DNA from: a virus
DNA: 64,000 bases
Direction: 5' to 3' (one strand)
Virus record (IMG/VR): IMGVR_UViG_3300033149_003115
Location: 1 to 64,000 of that record
Below are positions 42,323 to 54,111 of this stretch, one piece after another. Positions within the stretch are counted from its first letter, which is position 1. Every line of letters starts with the position of its first letter. The position numbers were made by a program, and so were the translations under genes. Under the pieces are notes generated by a model. It saw nothing but the letters and a program-made list of their open reading frames with translations. It did not search any database and was not told the origin of the DNA.

Positions 42323-43069
42323 GTGAAGACTAAGAAGCTAAGACCACACCCTATAAACCTGGACATATACTCAGATCAAGAAGATCTGGCTCTGGACGAG
42401 GACATCAAAAGATCTGGTATTAGAGAGCCTCTGATTATTAATAGCAAATACGAGATCCTCAATGGAGTGAGGAGGTTCAATAGAGCTCTTAAGTATGGTA
42501 TTGAAGAGGTCCCAGCTATTGTGAAAGACTACCAGGATGAGGAACTAGCAATAGTGATGGGTAACAAGTATAGACAAAAGACACCCAGGGAGATCTATTT
42601 AGAATCTAAGATCCTGGAGAAGAGGTTTAAGGATACTGTCAAGGTTGGAAGACCCCCTAGGGGAGAGGACTATGAAAGAGGGAAGACACTAGCTGACAAA
42701 GTATCTAATGAGCTGGGGATATCCAGAGGTAAGCTATACCAAATAAAGAAAGTGTATGACAATCAAGAGAAAATACCAAAGATAGTGGAAGCTCTGGAAA
42801 ATGGCACCATATCTGTGAGCAAAGCAGCTCAAGCTGCTACCCTGGTCCTTGAGGATGGGTTACCAGAAACTAAGGTACTAAGGAAAGCTCTCAAGTCAGA
42901 TATCACAATGCCTATACCCAAGAAATCATCCAGAGGAAAGGCTAGGAAGAGAGACTACATAGTCAAGTGTCCAGTGTGTAATGCTGTGATCATAGCTGAT
43001 AAGAAGGTTAACCTCAAGACCATTGAGCAAGCTAGGATAGAAAGTAGGTTAAAGAAGAGAGGTAGCTGA
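42323..43069 (+). CDS. ParB/Srx N-terminal domain protein with HTH
   Basis: LRPHPIN..., GIREPLII...ILNGVRR, later HTH-like VSNELGISRG and ISVSKA. Confidence 0.75.
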   Translation: MKTKKLRPHPINLDIYSDQEDLALDEDIKRSGIREPLIINSKYEILNGVRRFNRALKYGIEEVPAIVKDYQDEELAIVMGNKYRQKTPREIYLESKILEKRFKDTVKVGRPPRGEDYERGKTLADKVSNELGISRGKLYQIKKVYDNQEKIPKIVEALENGTISVSKAAQAATLVLEDGLPETKVLRKALKSDITMPIPKKSSRGKARKRDYIVKCPVCNAVIIADKKVNLKTIEQARIESRLKKRGS

Positions 43070-43823
43070 TAATGCCTAAAGAGATTGTACATTTTCCTAA
43101 GACCGAGAACTTTAAAGATGGTCAGATGTTTTTTCTAATAGGAGTAAAGAGAAGGAAAGGATGGTATGCTCTATTAAGTGTCTTTGAGAAAAGAGCTCTT
43201 AAATATTCAGAGGTTTTAAGAGATCATCTTGAGGAGTGTTTACTTCAGCTATGGAAAGACACTGGTATAGATTTCAAGCCTAGACCTAAACCTAAGCAGT
43301 CTGAGTATGTAGTTACCAGCCAATAGTATGTTCAACAGGGTTTTAGAATATCTTTTCTTTCTATAGCCTATATAAACTACCTAAGCTTCAACTGTATAAA
43401 AACTAAGAATAGTATTTTATGTGATAGAAGTGATCAAAATTGGAATATAGAGAGGTAATAGAGAACTCTATTAAGCAAATAATATCTCAGTGTATAGAGG
43501 AAGTTAAAGAGTCTAAGTCAGAGGAGAAGAACAAGGAGATCCTCAGGAAATATGAGAGAGTCATCAGTGAGCTGATAGACGATCTACTAGATCACGAGAC
43601 CAATGGTAGAAGAAGGTGGAGACTAGAACCACATGATATCTCTGAGATCGTCCTGGACACTGAGGATCTGGACATGGAAACCCTGGACAAGATATTACAG
43701 CAGCTTTTAGATGAGATCAGCAAGTGGGATTTCTAGCTATCCTGTCCTGCTTATGTTTTATCCTCTCTTATCTTAAGATAAAATATAAGTAACCGTATTG
43801 TATCCTATACAATAGGGATCCCT

Positions 43824-44147
43824 ATGAGCACAGAGACTGATATATTACGTATAGTAGAACGACTAGCCAGGGTAGAGACATTAGTCACTGAGATCAAAGG
43901 AGATGTTAATGATCTCAAGAATAGAAAGGATCTCCAGGAGCTCAAGCAGAGCTACAAAGCTTTTAGAAAAGACTTCTATGAGTGGGAAAGAAAGGTTGAA
44001 CAGAAGCTGGATGCTATCCATGCTTGTAATAATAATAATAATGGAATAAACAGGAGAGACAGAGTGGCTATTTATGTTGCACTAATATCATCCGTAGCCC
44101 TGGTGATCTCTAAGTTCATAGAGATATTTCCTCTTCTCTTGGGGTAA
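43824..44147 (+). CDS. coiled-coil protein with C-terminal TM helix
   Basis: ERLARVET heptads; VAIYVALISSVALVI. Confidence 0.6.
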   Translation: MSTETDILRIVERLARVETLVTEIKGDVNDLKNRKDLQELKQSYKAFRKDFYEWERKVEQKLDAIHACNNNNNGINRRDRVAIYVALISSVALVISKFIEIFPLLLG

Positions 44148-44170
44148 ATTAGTACAAAATTATACTAATT
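44147..44170. repeat. 24-bp imperfect palindrome AATTAGTA-N8-TACTAATT
   Basis: inverted near-copy of 12867-12890. Confidence 0.6.
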
Positions 44171-44588
44171 CTTCTACTAAGGGAGTCTTGAGATGCTTAG
44201 TCTGGTGTTGGTAGTTTTAGGTATTCTAATTATTCAAACAATGTCCCAGAGGGATATATATGACTCAGAAGGAGAAAGAGAGAGGAAGAACTACCCATAT
44301 GTCTATAGAAGAGGTTGAGAGGTATCTCTTCTTAGCTGAGAACTACTATAAGACCCACTATCTTGAACACATGTCTCATCACCTCTCATCAGAGCAAAAG
44401 ATGACCATAGCTAAGAGAATAAGTGATCTAACTCTAAGGAGCCCTATATGGCTGGATCATAACAAAGACTATAGAGATCAGTTCCCTGAGGTGTCTCCTT
44501 ATGTTAGTGATGGAGTACCATTATCTGGACTGTACCTGGTAGGAATACTAAAAGGGATAATAGAGGAAAGATATAGAGTCCCTCGATC

Positions 44589-45233
44589 ATGATATCTTAT
44601 TATAGTTCTAGTCTAGGAGTGATTACCTTGTTGTCTGTCCTACTAAAAGAGCAGTTTGATGCTCTAAGAGATATCCTGGAGTTCTACTTAGATCCTGGAT
44701 CTAAGATACTAGACATAACCTACGGACATGGTAAGCTATGGCAGTTCATAGGTAATGGAGTGTCCAACAAGTACCAAGTGATAAGTAATGATGTGGATCC
44801 AGGTTCTCCCTCTCAATACCACTACTCATTCCCTAGCTTACACAAGATACCTCATTCTCCCTATGATTGTGTTCTATATGATCCACCATACAAGTACAAC
44901 ACCTCATCCTTCATCCTATTCCAGAGATCCGATGATGACTGGAGACCGAATAAGACCAAGTGGAGCATAAGCTCCCAAGTACAATCAGCTAGAACACTAA
45001 ACAATGTGTTACCTCCCTTGCTAAAGGAGAATGGGTTACTAATAGTCAAGATCATGGACACCAGATATAGAGGGAAGCTAGTATTGAATCATAAGATCAT
45101 GTTAGATACCTTCTCTAACTTTACTATAGAGGACATCATAGTTTATATCAGGCTCTTAGTAGGGCTATTCAAGAATAAGAAGCACTCCCAGACAGCTCAT
45201 GGGTATTTCATGGTATTTAGAGTGAATAAATGA
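44589..45233 (+). CDS. DNA amino-methyltransferase (SAM motif before DPPY)
   Basis: ILDITYGHG, YDCVLYDPPY, LKENGLLIVK. Confidence 0.75.
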   Translation: MISYYSSSLGVITLLSVLLKEQFDALRDILEFYLDPGSKILDITYGHGKLWQFIGNGVSNKYQVISNDVDPGSPSQYHYSFPSLHKIPHSPYDCVLYDPPYKYNTSSFILFQRSDDDWRPNKTKWSISSQVQSARTLNNVLPPLLKENGLLIVKIMDTRYRGKLVLNHKIMLDTFSNFTIEDIIVYIRLLVGLFKNKKHSQTAHGYFMVFRVNK

Positions 45234-47166
45234 TCTAGGAGAGATATGAAGTTGAGTACCCAATACAAAGAATATATTAATAAAAGAAGACATGAGGACC
45301 AGGATCAAAGAAGAGACCTTAGTGAGGTGATTAGATGATTATTCAACTCCCTCGATGTCCATCCAAGGCTCCTTGTCCCTTTAGAATATTCAGAGGTAAA
45401 GTGCCTTACTGTGGAGGGGTAGAATACCCTCATCTTAGGATATATTGTAAAGAGATACAGAACTACGTGATCCCCATAGTTCCTCAAGATGAAAACACAG
45501 GTATTTTACTTACAAATAAAGAGCTTCATCAAGATACCCTGACTTCTATAGAAGAAGAGGAGACAATAGATGACCAATAGATATAACAAGATAAAGAGAA
45601 TGTCCAGTGAGGAAGCTTACAAATATGGAATAGACAAGGGATTTGGAGATGCACTTGGAAGGTGTATAAGGTTTCTAAGGATGAGAGGCTTGGATAGTCT
45701 AGAGGATGATCTTAGAGAGTTTGTTCTGAGCAAAAGAGGGTATAAACACCATAAAAGAGAGATGAGGAATGAGAGTAGCAACAATGGTAGCACTGAGTAA
45801 CATATCCTTATGTACATTACTAGCTGTGGCTATTCTGGTCACTAAGAACCCCTGGTGTCTGTTAGGTCTATGCTTCTTGCTAGGAATGAAATATACAGAT
45901 GAGGATGATCAGGAATGAGCTGGAAAGACAAAGCTAAGTCATTAGGAGAGTTACGTAGATCTCCATTGAGTGGTAGCTTGGGAGCTGATGCCAAGACCTT
46001 GAATACCAAGTGGATACCTATAGAGGAAATGGAGAGACTAGAGGAGGATCTTAGGAGAGCAAGGGAGATGCTCCAATATGCTGGCTCTAAGATCCTAGAT
46101 CTACAATACCGTGTGGACAGGATATCTTCTCTGGTAAAGAGCAATGATCACAAATGTTCCAAGCTAAGAGAGATACAGAGGATACTTAGACAAGCAGATC
46201 CTATACCTCTTAAGGATGTGAAACAATGAAAGGAAGAGAGTTCTATAATCAAGCAATAGAGAAAGCTATAAGATGGAATCATGGGATGTTACCAGAAGCA
46301 AGAATACAGCTCACTTTCATCTGTAATGAGCTAAGAGGTAAAGTTGTCCTTGATGATGCTGAACTCCAACAAATAGCCAAAATAGTTGACTCTACTTGGT
46401 TGGATGAAAAAGACATAAAAGATAAAGTTGAAAAACTGAGGAAATTCTTCCATAAGATTCTTTGTGAGGAGACTTCTGAAGATGAGAATTAGCAAAGAAG
46501 AATTTGTGAAACGATTTGGAGAACCAGTAAATTTTCCACATGATGAATGGCAAATAATAGAAGTAACTGGAGAAGAGATTTATGAATGGGTAACTGATCT
46601 AGGCATTGTTCTTGTTGATGAGGCTGAGCTACTCCAGAAACTAGTGAATACCAGTGTAATGCAGAAAAAGACTCAAGATGTTGAGGAAAGAATGTATTGG
46701 CAAGGACAATCCGATATTCTGAAAAGGATTCTTGGAGAGGAGGTTGGTAAGGGTTGAGCTTGGAGAGCAAAGCAAAAACACTTAATGAGATCTATGGTAA
46801 AGCTGTTGAGCTGTACGGTGAGCGTTATAGTAAGCTAATTTCGAGTAAAGAGCTTGATGAGAAATTAAACACTAAGTGGATTAGGCTTGAAGATTGCCAA
46901 AAAACGGTTAGTGCTTATGAAGAGCAAGTGTTTAAGCTTGCAGTTGAAAAAGCTGAGTTGAAGAAGTGTCTCGAAAAGCTGCCACAGACCATAGACGATG
47001 TTGCGAAGAGGATCCGACAGAAACTGGACTTGACTCGCTCTAGTGGGGTGGCTGTTTTTGATGTGGCTGTTTCCATGTTGAAAGACGAGTTAAACAAGGA
47101 GACAAAACCATGAGAATTAGCTGGTAATCTATCCTTATAATGATTACACTCCAGTTCTCCAGCTCT

Positions 47167-47805
47167 CAAGATAAGAAGGGATCTCTGATGGAGAGTGTGT
47201 GTCCCAGATGTGGTAAACCATTTAATGACTATTTACACTTGAAGTCTAAAGAGGATATCTATCTATGTAACACATGTGGGTTATTCTACTATAAAGATAA
47301 CAAGTGGAACATGGTGAAGTACCCTTGTCCAAAGTGTAAATCCAACTATAAGGAACCTTACAAGACAGAGGGTACATGGGTGTATTGTAAATGTGAAATA
47401 CATGGTGAGTGGAAAGTATCCTTCCTCAGATCCTTCAAGTTTAGGAGACTATGTAGCATAGCTGCTAGTAAGCCTAACAAAGACTCCAGGTATTATACCC
47501 CACCAGAGGTCAGAGCTAAGAAAATACTTGATAGTATGGGACTAAGGGAGAACATCGATTATTATCATAACAAGAGGATCAGGGTGGGGAAGGGGAGATA
47601 CTATTATCCAGACTTTATAGTATTTGATAAGATAGTGTTTGGGGTAGATCCCTCCATATGGCATACCATGTGGAATAGAGACGATAATGCCAAGATCACT
47701 TATCTAAAGAAGCTAGGGTATGAGTATGTCTCACTATCAGACAAGAATGAGAGAGAGTGGGAGAGGATCATTTCTAGATCCTTGAAGTCTCTAAGGGATG
47801 AGTGA
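47167..47805 (+). CDS. zinc-ribbon plus PD-(D/E)xK (DUF559/Vsr-like) endonuclease
   Basis: multiple CxxC; TPPE...YYPDF...VDPSIWH...RD...YLKKLGY. Confidence 0.65.
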   Translation, partial: QDKKGSLMESVCPRCGKPFNDYLHLKSKEDIYLCNTCGLFYYKDNKWNMVKYPCPKCKSNYKEPYKTEGTWVYCKCEIHGEWKVSFLRSFKFRRLCSIAASKPNKDSRYYTPPEVRAKKILDSMGLRENIDYYHNKRIRVGKGRYYYPDFIVFDKIVFGVDPSIWHTMWNRDDNAKITYLKKLGYEYVSLSDKNEREWERIISRSLKSLRDE

Positions 47806-48858
47806 TGAAATAACATGAAGAGATGGGTGTTAGTTAAGACATTCCAGCTGGTTGTTGAGGATGTTGAGATATGTGGCTCTTTCCAGGAAGCTAAGGATCG
47901 GTTTGAGGTGTACACTGGGATGAGCTATGATAAATGCCAGATGTGGAAGACAAGTGATAAGTATGATAGCATGTGGGATTATGATCAATCCAAGATATTT
48001 GAGATAGATGTAGAAGATAGAGCCACTTTAGCTGATAGAAGATGAGATGGAGAAGTGAAAATCAGGAGATCCTAGAATGAAAGGTGAGAATGGTAAGCAG
48101 GTTGATGTGGTTGTCGTAGGTACTGATAATCTTAGAGATTATCTAAGCCCAGAATGGATACGAGATTGTGTCATGTTCGATAGGAAACATAGCTCTCTGG
48201 TGATCTCTCCTCAGAGATGCCTAGAACACAGGGTCTCAGCTATAGACATAGCCCAGGATAAGTTTGCTTCTAGAACCATACTTCATTTCCGACTAGACTA
48301 TGATTTTAAAAGGGTTAAGAAGTCCTCTTGATAGAGGGACATTGGGATACTTGAGAGATTACAAAGACTGGAGAGATCAAGATGACTATGAGCCACCTTG
48401 CTGAGATGATCATCCAGTTTTACGATGATCCTGGCTCTTTCCATGACTGGCTTGAGATAATGCATAATGCAGGGGTGATCCAGAGCATAGAGATTGATGG
48501 TGACATAATAAGGATACATGGTCAGGTCAGCACATGTCTATGGAGGAAAGTTGATCCAGTCAACAACCTGGTGTGTCTAGCCCTTGCTCTCTTTGGTCCT
48601 TTCTGGGTATTCATGAGCGATAAAGACATTGCTTTTAAGAAAGTGAAACAATGGTGGAGAAGCCAGATCAAGAGGACATCCTCTGTAAAGAAGTCTAAGA
48701 AGCAGAGGACCTTGGAGAACTGGAGCAATACTTCTTAAATATAGAGATCAATCTTCAGATGTCCTCATCTGCTTAGTGTCTCTCCTAGAACATTTTGAAT
48801 ATCAAGAGATTATAGATCAAGATGTGAGTAATCATCGTAAAAGGAGGTATGAGGTGAA

Positions 48859-50232
48859 TTGAGTAGCTATGACTGGGATGAAGATGATTGGGAAGAGGAT
48901 GACTGGGAAGAGGTAGAGGAGATAAGGGTAGAAAAACCAGCTAAGAGGTTATCCTCTTCTAAGGTAGAAATAGTCAAGGATATAGTGCGTGAGCTCAAGG
49001 CTCTGCTAAAGGAGCTAAACCAGAAAGATAAAGACTATGATGAGCACTTAGGTGAAGATAGGACCAATAGAAGAGAGATCACCAGATCTTATCCTAGGTA
49101 TAGGCGTAGAGAGGCTTGCTATGCTATATCCAAGTTCTTAGAGGAGGAGGTGAAGCTAAAGAAGCTGTGTGACTACGCCAGTGGTGAGTACTCTCCAGTC
49201 TCTTACTTCTCACTGGAGATCAAGAGAGGAGAGCTAAAGTCATTACCTTCAGAGGGTACTGCGTATATTTATTACAAGGATAAACCCTTTATCGTCAGCC
49301 TAGACCTGGAGTATAAAGATCCCTGGATCAGTATAGTCTGTAGAAATGAGGACGATAGCTTAGCTGAGGAGATATTCAAGAGAATAGATGAGATGATGAA
49401 CACTCTCTCTTTTCTAAAAGGGGAGAAGCTAGAGCTAACATATGGGGTGGACTTTGAGTTCTTAGATTATCCTAAGAGAACATGGGATGATATAGTGTTG
49501 TCTCCTAAAACTAAGAGAGAGATACTACTCAACATTATTTACCCCATTGAGAACAGAGACATATTACTAAAGAATAGACTACCTTGGAAGAGAGGGATAT
49601 TACTAGAGGGGTTCCCTGGTACTGGTAAGACATTGCTAGGGAAGATATTATGTAATGAGCTAAAAGATATCACCTTTATACTGGTCTCATCCAAGAGCAT
49701 TGGTAACAAATCCCACATTAGCTTACTATTCAAGGCAGCTAGGATATTAGCTCCTACTCTGCTCTTCTTTGAGGATATAGACCTATTTGGTAGGGATAGG
49801 GAGAGAGGAGACACTCTATTCCTGGGTGAGCTATTGAACCAGCTGGATGGTATTAGGGATAACGAAGGGGTGTTTGTGGTAGCTACAACCAATAGACCCA
49901 GCCTACTGGATAAAGCACTTCTACACAGACCATCCAGGTTTGATGTTAAGATAAGGTTTGAGCTACCCAGTTCTTCTGAGAGACTGAGCCTGGTGAACCT
50001 GTATTCTAAAGGGGTCAAGATGTCTAAAGAGATAAGGAGCTTAATAGCGTCCAGGACTGAGGGATTCACTCCTGCCATGATCAAGGAGGTCATAGTGTAT
50101 TCCAGGTTATTGTCTCTGTTCAAGGGATCAACACTGAGAGATGACATAGTGAAATCCTCCATATCCATCCTCAAGGAGAGCATGAGAATGAACAGGGAGA
50201 GATATCAAGATCAAAAAGGACTAATAGTATGA
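48859..50232 (+). CDS. classical-clade AAA+ ATPase (CDC48/PAN-like, single module)
   Basis: RGILLEGFPGTGKT, LLFFEDID, ATTNRPSLLDKALLHRPSRFD. Confidence 0.9.
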   Translation: MSSYDWDEDDWEEDDWEEVEEIRVEKPAKRLSSSKVEIVKDIVRELKALLKELNQKDKDYDEHLGEDRTNRREITRSYPRYRRREACYAISKFLEEEVKLKKLCDYASGEYSPVSYFSLEIKRGELKSLPSEGTAYIYYKDKPFIVSLDLEYKDPWISIVCRNEDDSLAEEIFKRIDEMMNTLSFLKGEKLELTYGVDFEFLDYPKRTWDDIVLSPKTKREILLNIIYPIENRDILLKNRLPWKRGILLEGFPGTGKTLLGKILCNELKDITFILVSSKSIGNKSHISLLFKAARILAPTLLFFEDIDLFGRDRERGDTLFLGELLNQLDGIRDNEGVFVVATTNRPSLLDKALLHRPSRFDVKIRFELPSSSERLSLVNLYSKGVKMSKEIRSLIASRTEGFTPAMIKEVIVYSRLLSLFKGSTLRDDIVKSSISILKESMRMNRERYQDQKGLIV

Positions 50233-50593
50233 GATAATGAGGTGCAGACTTGATGTTATATGTTAATAAATTAGAAGATAGAGAGATCACCTACAAAGGA
50301 AGAGAGGAAAGAGATGAGTAGGCTATACAGGGATCCAGATCTATATAGAAAGATATGGAGCTTGTACAGGGTGATTAAGGAGGATATCAAGCTACTAAGC
50401 ATGGTCTCTGATGACTCTAGGGAAGCTCTTAGGATTAAGATATTAAAAGAGCTGGATGAGCTATGGAGTCTTATTAGACCTATACTGGAAGAACTGTTGT
50501 TACCTGACCCTAGGAGATTATTCCCTAGAGATATTCTGGATAGATCTTCTCTCCTATAGCTCCTTATCTTTTATTTATTACAAGCTTAGGTGA

Positions 50594-51187
50594 ATGTATA
50601 TGAGAAACTTATATTGTAACGAGATAGAACGCAATAAATGGAGAGCAACCAGAGACTTTGTTAAAAAGTACTTGAGCAGAGATAGTGTAGTACTAGACAC
50701 ATTTGCTGGTGTAGGTTTTATAACTGAAATATACGCCTCTCATGTAAAGAGAGTAGTAGCCATAGAAGTAGATAATGAAGTATTTAAGTCTCTAAAAGAG
50801 CATCTAGTTCCTTACTCTAATATTCAGTACTACAATGAGAATAGTGAAGTTCTAATATCTAGGGGTTTAAATGACAAGTTTGATGTTATAGATTTTGATC
50901 CTTGGGGATGTGCAGACAAGCTAATAGTGAAAAGCTTAAACCTATTAAAAGAACACTCCTATCTGGCTATCACTAACTGTGATCCCTTTGTTATCTCTAG
51001 ATTCAAGTGTACTATTAAGAAATATGGAGAGCCATATATTAATGATTGGAGAGGGTACTCTAAGCGTTATTATGATCAGTTTATATCTCCTGTGCTAGAG
51101 AACAATGGGTTAGAGTCCAAGCTCATCAGTCATATGGACACATCTAATATTTGTAGAATAATAGTGGAAACAAATAGGTTATCATGA
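50594..51187 (+). CDS. SAM-dependent methyltransferase, Trm1-like motif
   Basis: VLDTFAGVG, VAIE, FDVIDFDPWG. Confidence 0.65.
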   Translation: MYMRNLYCNEIERNKWRATRDFVKKYLSRDSVVLDTFAGVGFITEIYASHVKRVVAIEVDNEVFKSLKEHLVPYSNIQYYNENSEVLISRGLNDKFDVIDFDPWGCADKLIVKSLNLLKEHSYLAITNCDPFVISRFKCTIKKYGEPYINDWRGYSKRYYDQFISPVLENNGLESKLISHMDTSNICRIIVETNRLS

Positions 51188-51291
51188 GATGATAAAATGG
51201 TGAGTAAACCATATTATCTAGCTCATCATATTAACAACAGGAGTATAATAGGAACAACAGACTGATGGTGTAATGTATAATCATATGAGAA

Positions 51292-51312
51292 TAGTGGGAG
51301 GATATCCCACTA
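51292..51312. repeat. dispersed palindrome TAGTGGGA-N5-TCCCACTA
   Basis: perfect 8-bp arms, intergenic. Confidence 0.7.
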
Positions 51313-51471
51313 AGATCTAGTATATGGAAATACCTCTTTGTTAGAAGAGCGTCATGGATAAGGATGATTAAATAAGGTGATCCATTGTCTCTTTCATACT
51401 GAGATCTAACTGATAAGGTTGTATCTTTATATTATCCAAATTTATGATCAATGGTAAAGGAATGATGTATT

Positions 51472-52476
51472 ATGAGTAAACTGATAGAAGTGTATGGAGG
51501 AACACTAGAAGATCTAAAAAATAGGATAGAAGAATCTCAACCACTACAAATGGCATTTCACTCAGACTCTGATGGAGTTGCTAGTGCTTGCTTATTAGCT
51601 TCGATATTTGAGGTGGAGGAGTCTAAGGACTTTCCTTATTCTCCCTCTATATTTGGAGCTTATAGAGAAGGGAACATAGCAGTGGATCTGGGATCTCCTC
51701 TGTTCCCCAGTCAGTGGAAAGGAGTTATAATAGATCATCATGATCACCCTAATCCTAGCTATCCATTGATATGGGGAAGAATACCAACTGGTGGTATTAT
51801 TTATGAGATCTTTAAGGATAGAATACCAGAGGACAAGCTATGGCTGGTGGTGTTATCCCTGGCTGGGGATGGACAACCAGAGCTAATACCTGATGAGATA
51901 TGGGATGCCTTACCAGAGCTATGGTTTGAGCAAGGGAGGGTGTACAAGGATAAGTATAGAAATGTCAAGGCTTATCCATACCCCTTCTTTAGTAAAATAT
52001 CACCACTGGTCAACTCATTGTGTAGAACAGGTAATGTGATGGGAGCTTACAAGCTAGTCAGGAGTGCTAGGGGGATCAGAGACATCATCTTTAACTCCAC
52101 TGCTCTGAGAGCCCAGAGAGAGCTGTCAGATGAGGAGAGCAGAATATATGCTGGAAATGATCCAGAGAGGACACTACAGGTAGAAAAAATAGGACACTTC
52201 AGCCTGGTCTTGATAAGATCCAAGTATCACATAGCTGGTAGGATAGCAGCTGGGTTACAAAAGGGAGATCATTACTCCACTTATATAGTGGTGAACATGA
52301 TCAACAAGGAGGTCTCTATTAGAGGACTACTGGCTAAGTATGTGGCTAACAGGCTAGCTCAAGAGGGTTATCTATGTGGAGGACATGCAGGGTTCACAGC
52401 TTGTAGTATCTTACCAACTCAGAATATGGAAGTATTTGTTTCTAAGGTAAGGGAAGTGTTAGCTAGAATTAAGTGA
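51472..52476 (+). CDS. DHH-family phosphoesterase (RecJ/GAN-like)
   Basis: HSDSDG, AVDLG, IIDHH, SIRG, GGH. Confidence 0.85.
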   Translation: MSKLIEVYGGTLEDLKNRIEESQPLQMAFHSDSDGVASACLLASIFEVEESKDFPYSPSIFGAYREGNIAVDLGSPLFPSQWKGVIIDHHDHPNPSYPLIWGRIPTGGIIYEIFKDRIPEDKLWLVVLSLAGDGQPELIPDEIWDALPELWFEQGRVYKDKYRNVKAYPYPFFSKISPLVNSLCRTGNVMGAYKLVRSARGIRDIIFNSTALRAQRELSDEESRIYAGNDPERTLQVEKIGHFSLVLIRSKYHIAGRIAAGLQKGDHYSTYIVVNMINKEVSIRGLLAKYVANRLAQEGYLCGGHAGFTACSILPTQNMEVFVSKVREVLARIK

Positions 52477-53190
52477 TCTTAGATGTCTAAGATGGAAGAT
52501 CCAGTGTACTCCTTATTTTTTAATACACATTATGAGGTGATCACTATTCAATCTCTTAGACCAGTATGGGTGGGAGATAAGATGGTATTTAATAAGCGTA
52601 CTAAGGTGATTAGAAAGAACCTCAGTCTGATGGACAAGCTAAGGTATTATTGGAGAGATCTCAGACTATGGATAAGGATGAAGAGCTCAGGATAGCTCCT
52701 AATGTTTATCACTCCTCTACGGGTTCAGAGGTAACATTGAGATCATTGGAACATAGAAAAGGAGCCTTTATCAGATCTAGCTTCCCAGGTTCCAGCATTG
52801 TTCTAACTACGAGATTATCCATGCTCCAGTCAGTCGAAACTATTAGTAAGATCATTATGAGATAGCTTTGTTAATAGGAAAATAGGTGATAGAAGATCTA
52901 TGAATGTCTTGAAGGATAAACTATATCGAGAATATCTGAAAATAAAAGAGGCTCGTGTAGAGCTGAATGACCTGCTATCCCAATGGGAGCACCTATCTCT
53001 AGCCTTTGGCTCAAATGAGAGCTCAGTTAAAAGACTAGAGGATCAGATCAATAATATCTACAAGGAGTTCCCATATCTCTCATCCAAAGCTGATACTCTC
53101 AATATACAGTTTCCATTGATCCTTAGGTTTATTAAGTACATGGACAAGAGGATTGGAATACTTGAAGATCTATAGTGAAGGTGATATGAT

Positions 53191-54111
53191 ATGATGAAGG
53201 TGATAGTAACAGGTGGGTTGGGGTTCATAGGTAGTAACCTGGTGGAGAGGCTAGTAAAAGAGGACTATGAGGTGACTATCTTTGATAACTACCACACTGG
53301 TAGCTTTGCTAATGTGAAAGAGTTCTACGATAGTAAAGTATACGATCTAACTCATCTTAGATACTTTGGTAAGAATGATGTGGTCTTTCACTTTGGGACA
53401 CCATCATCATCCCCTATGTACAAGAGGAATCCTCTGCTAGTATCGGAGGCTATAAGGGACTTTATTAGAGTGTTGGAGTATTGTAAAAGAACTAAGAGCA
53501 AGCTGGTGTTTGCTAGCTCCTCCAGTCTCTACAATGGTAACTATACCCCTTTTAAAGAGAATATGAGCATTAAGGTCACAGATTACTACACTGAGGCTAG
53601 ATATAGTATGGAGAGACTAGCTGAGCTATATTCTAAGCTACATAAAGTTAGATCCATAGGACTCAGGCTCTTTAGTGTCTATGGTCCCAGGGAGGAGCAT
53701 AAGAAGCAGTATGCTAATGTCATCACTCAGTTCCTATGGAAGATGTTAAAAGATGAGCAACCAGTGATCTATGGAGATGGCACTCAGACCAGGGACTTTA
53801 TACATGTCAGTGATGTGGTTGATGCATGTATGTTAGCCATGAATTATAGAACTAAGTTTGAGATCTTCAACATAGGGACTGGTGATGCATACTCCTTCAA
53901 TGATGTGGTAGAGCTTCTGAACCTACTACTTCTTAAGGACATATCTCCTAAGTATATCAAGAACCCTGTTAAGAACTATGTTAAGCACACACTGGCTGAC
54001 ACCAGGAAAGCTGAGAGAAAGCTCAAGTTTAAGTCTAAGGTTGATCTGGAGAAAGGGGCTAGAGGTTTAGTGGAGTATTACCTGTATAACAACTTGTTCG
54101 ATGGGATCTAG
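53191..54111 (+). CDS. NAD-dependent epimerase/dehydratase
   Basis: VTGGLGFIGS, FASSSSLY, YTEAR, RLFSVYGP, GDGTQTRDFIHV. Confidence 0.9.
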   Translation: MMKVIVTGGLGFIGSNLVERLVKEDYEVTIFDNYHTGSFANVKEFYDSKVYDLTHLRYFGKNDVVFHFGTPSSSPMYKRNPLLVSEAIRDFIRVLEYCKRTKSKLVFASSSSLYNGNYTPFKENMSIKVTDYYTEARYSMERLAELYSKLHKVRSIGLRLFSVYGPREEHKKQYANVITQFLWKMLKDEQPVIYGDGTQTRDFIHVSDVVDACMLAMNYRTKFEIFNIGTGDAYSFNDVVELLNLLLLKDISPKYIKNPVKNYVKHTLADTRKAERKLKFKSKVDLEKGARGLVEYYLYNNLFDGI

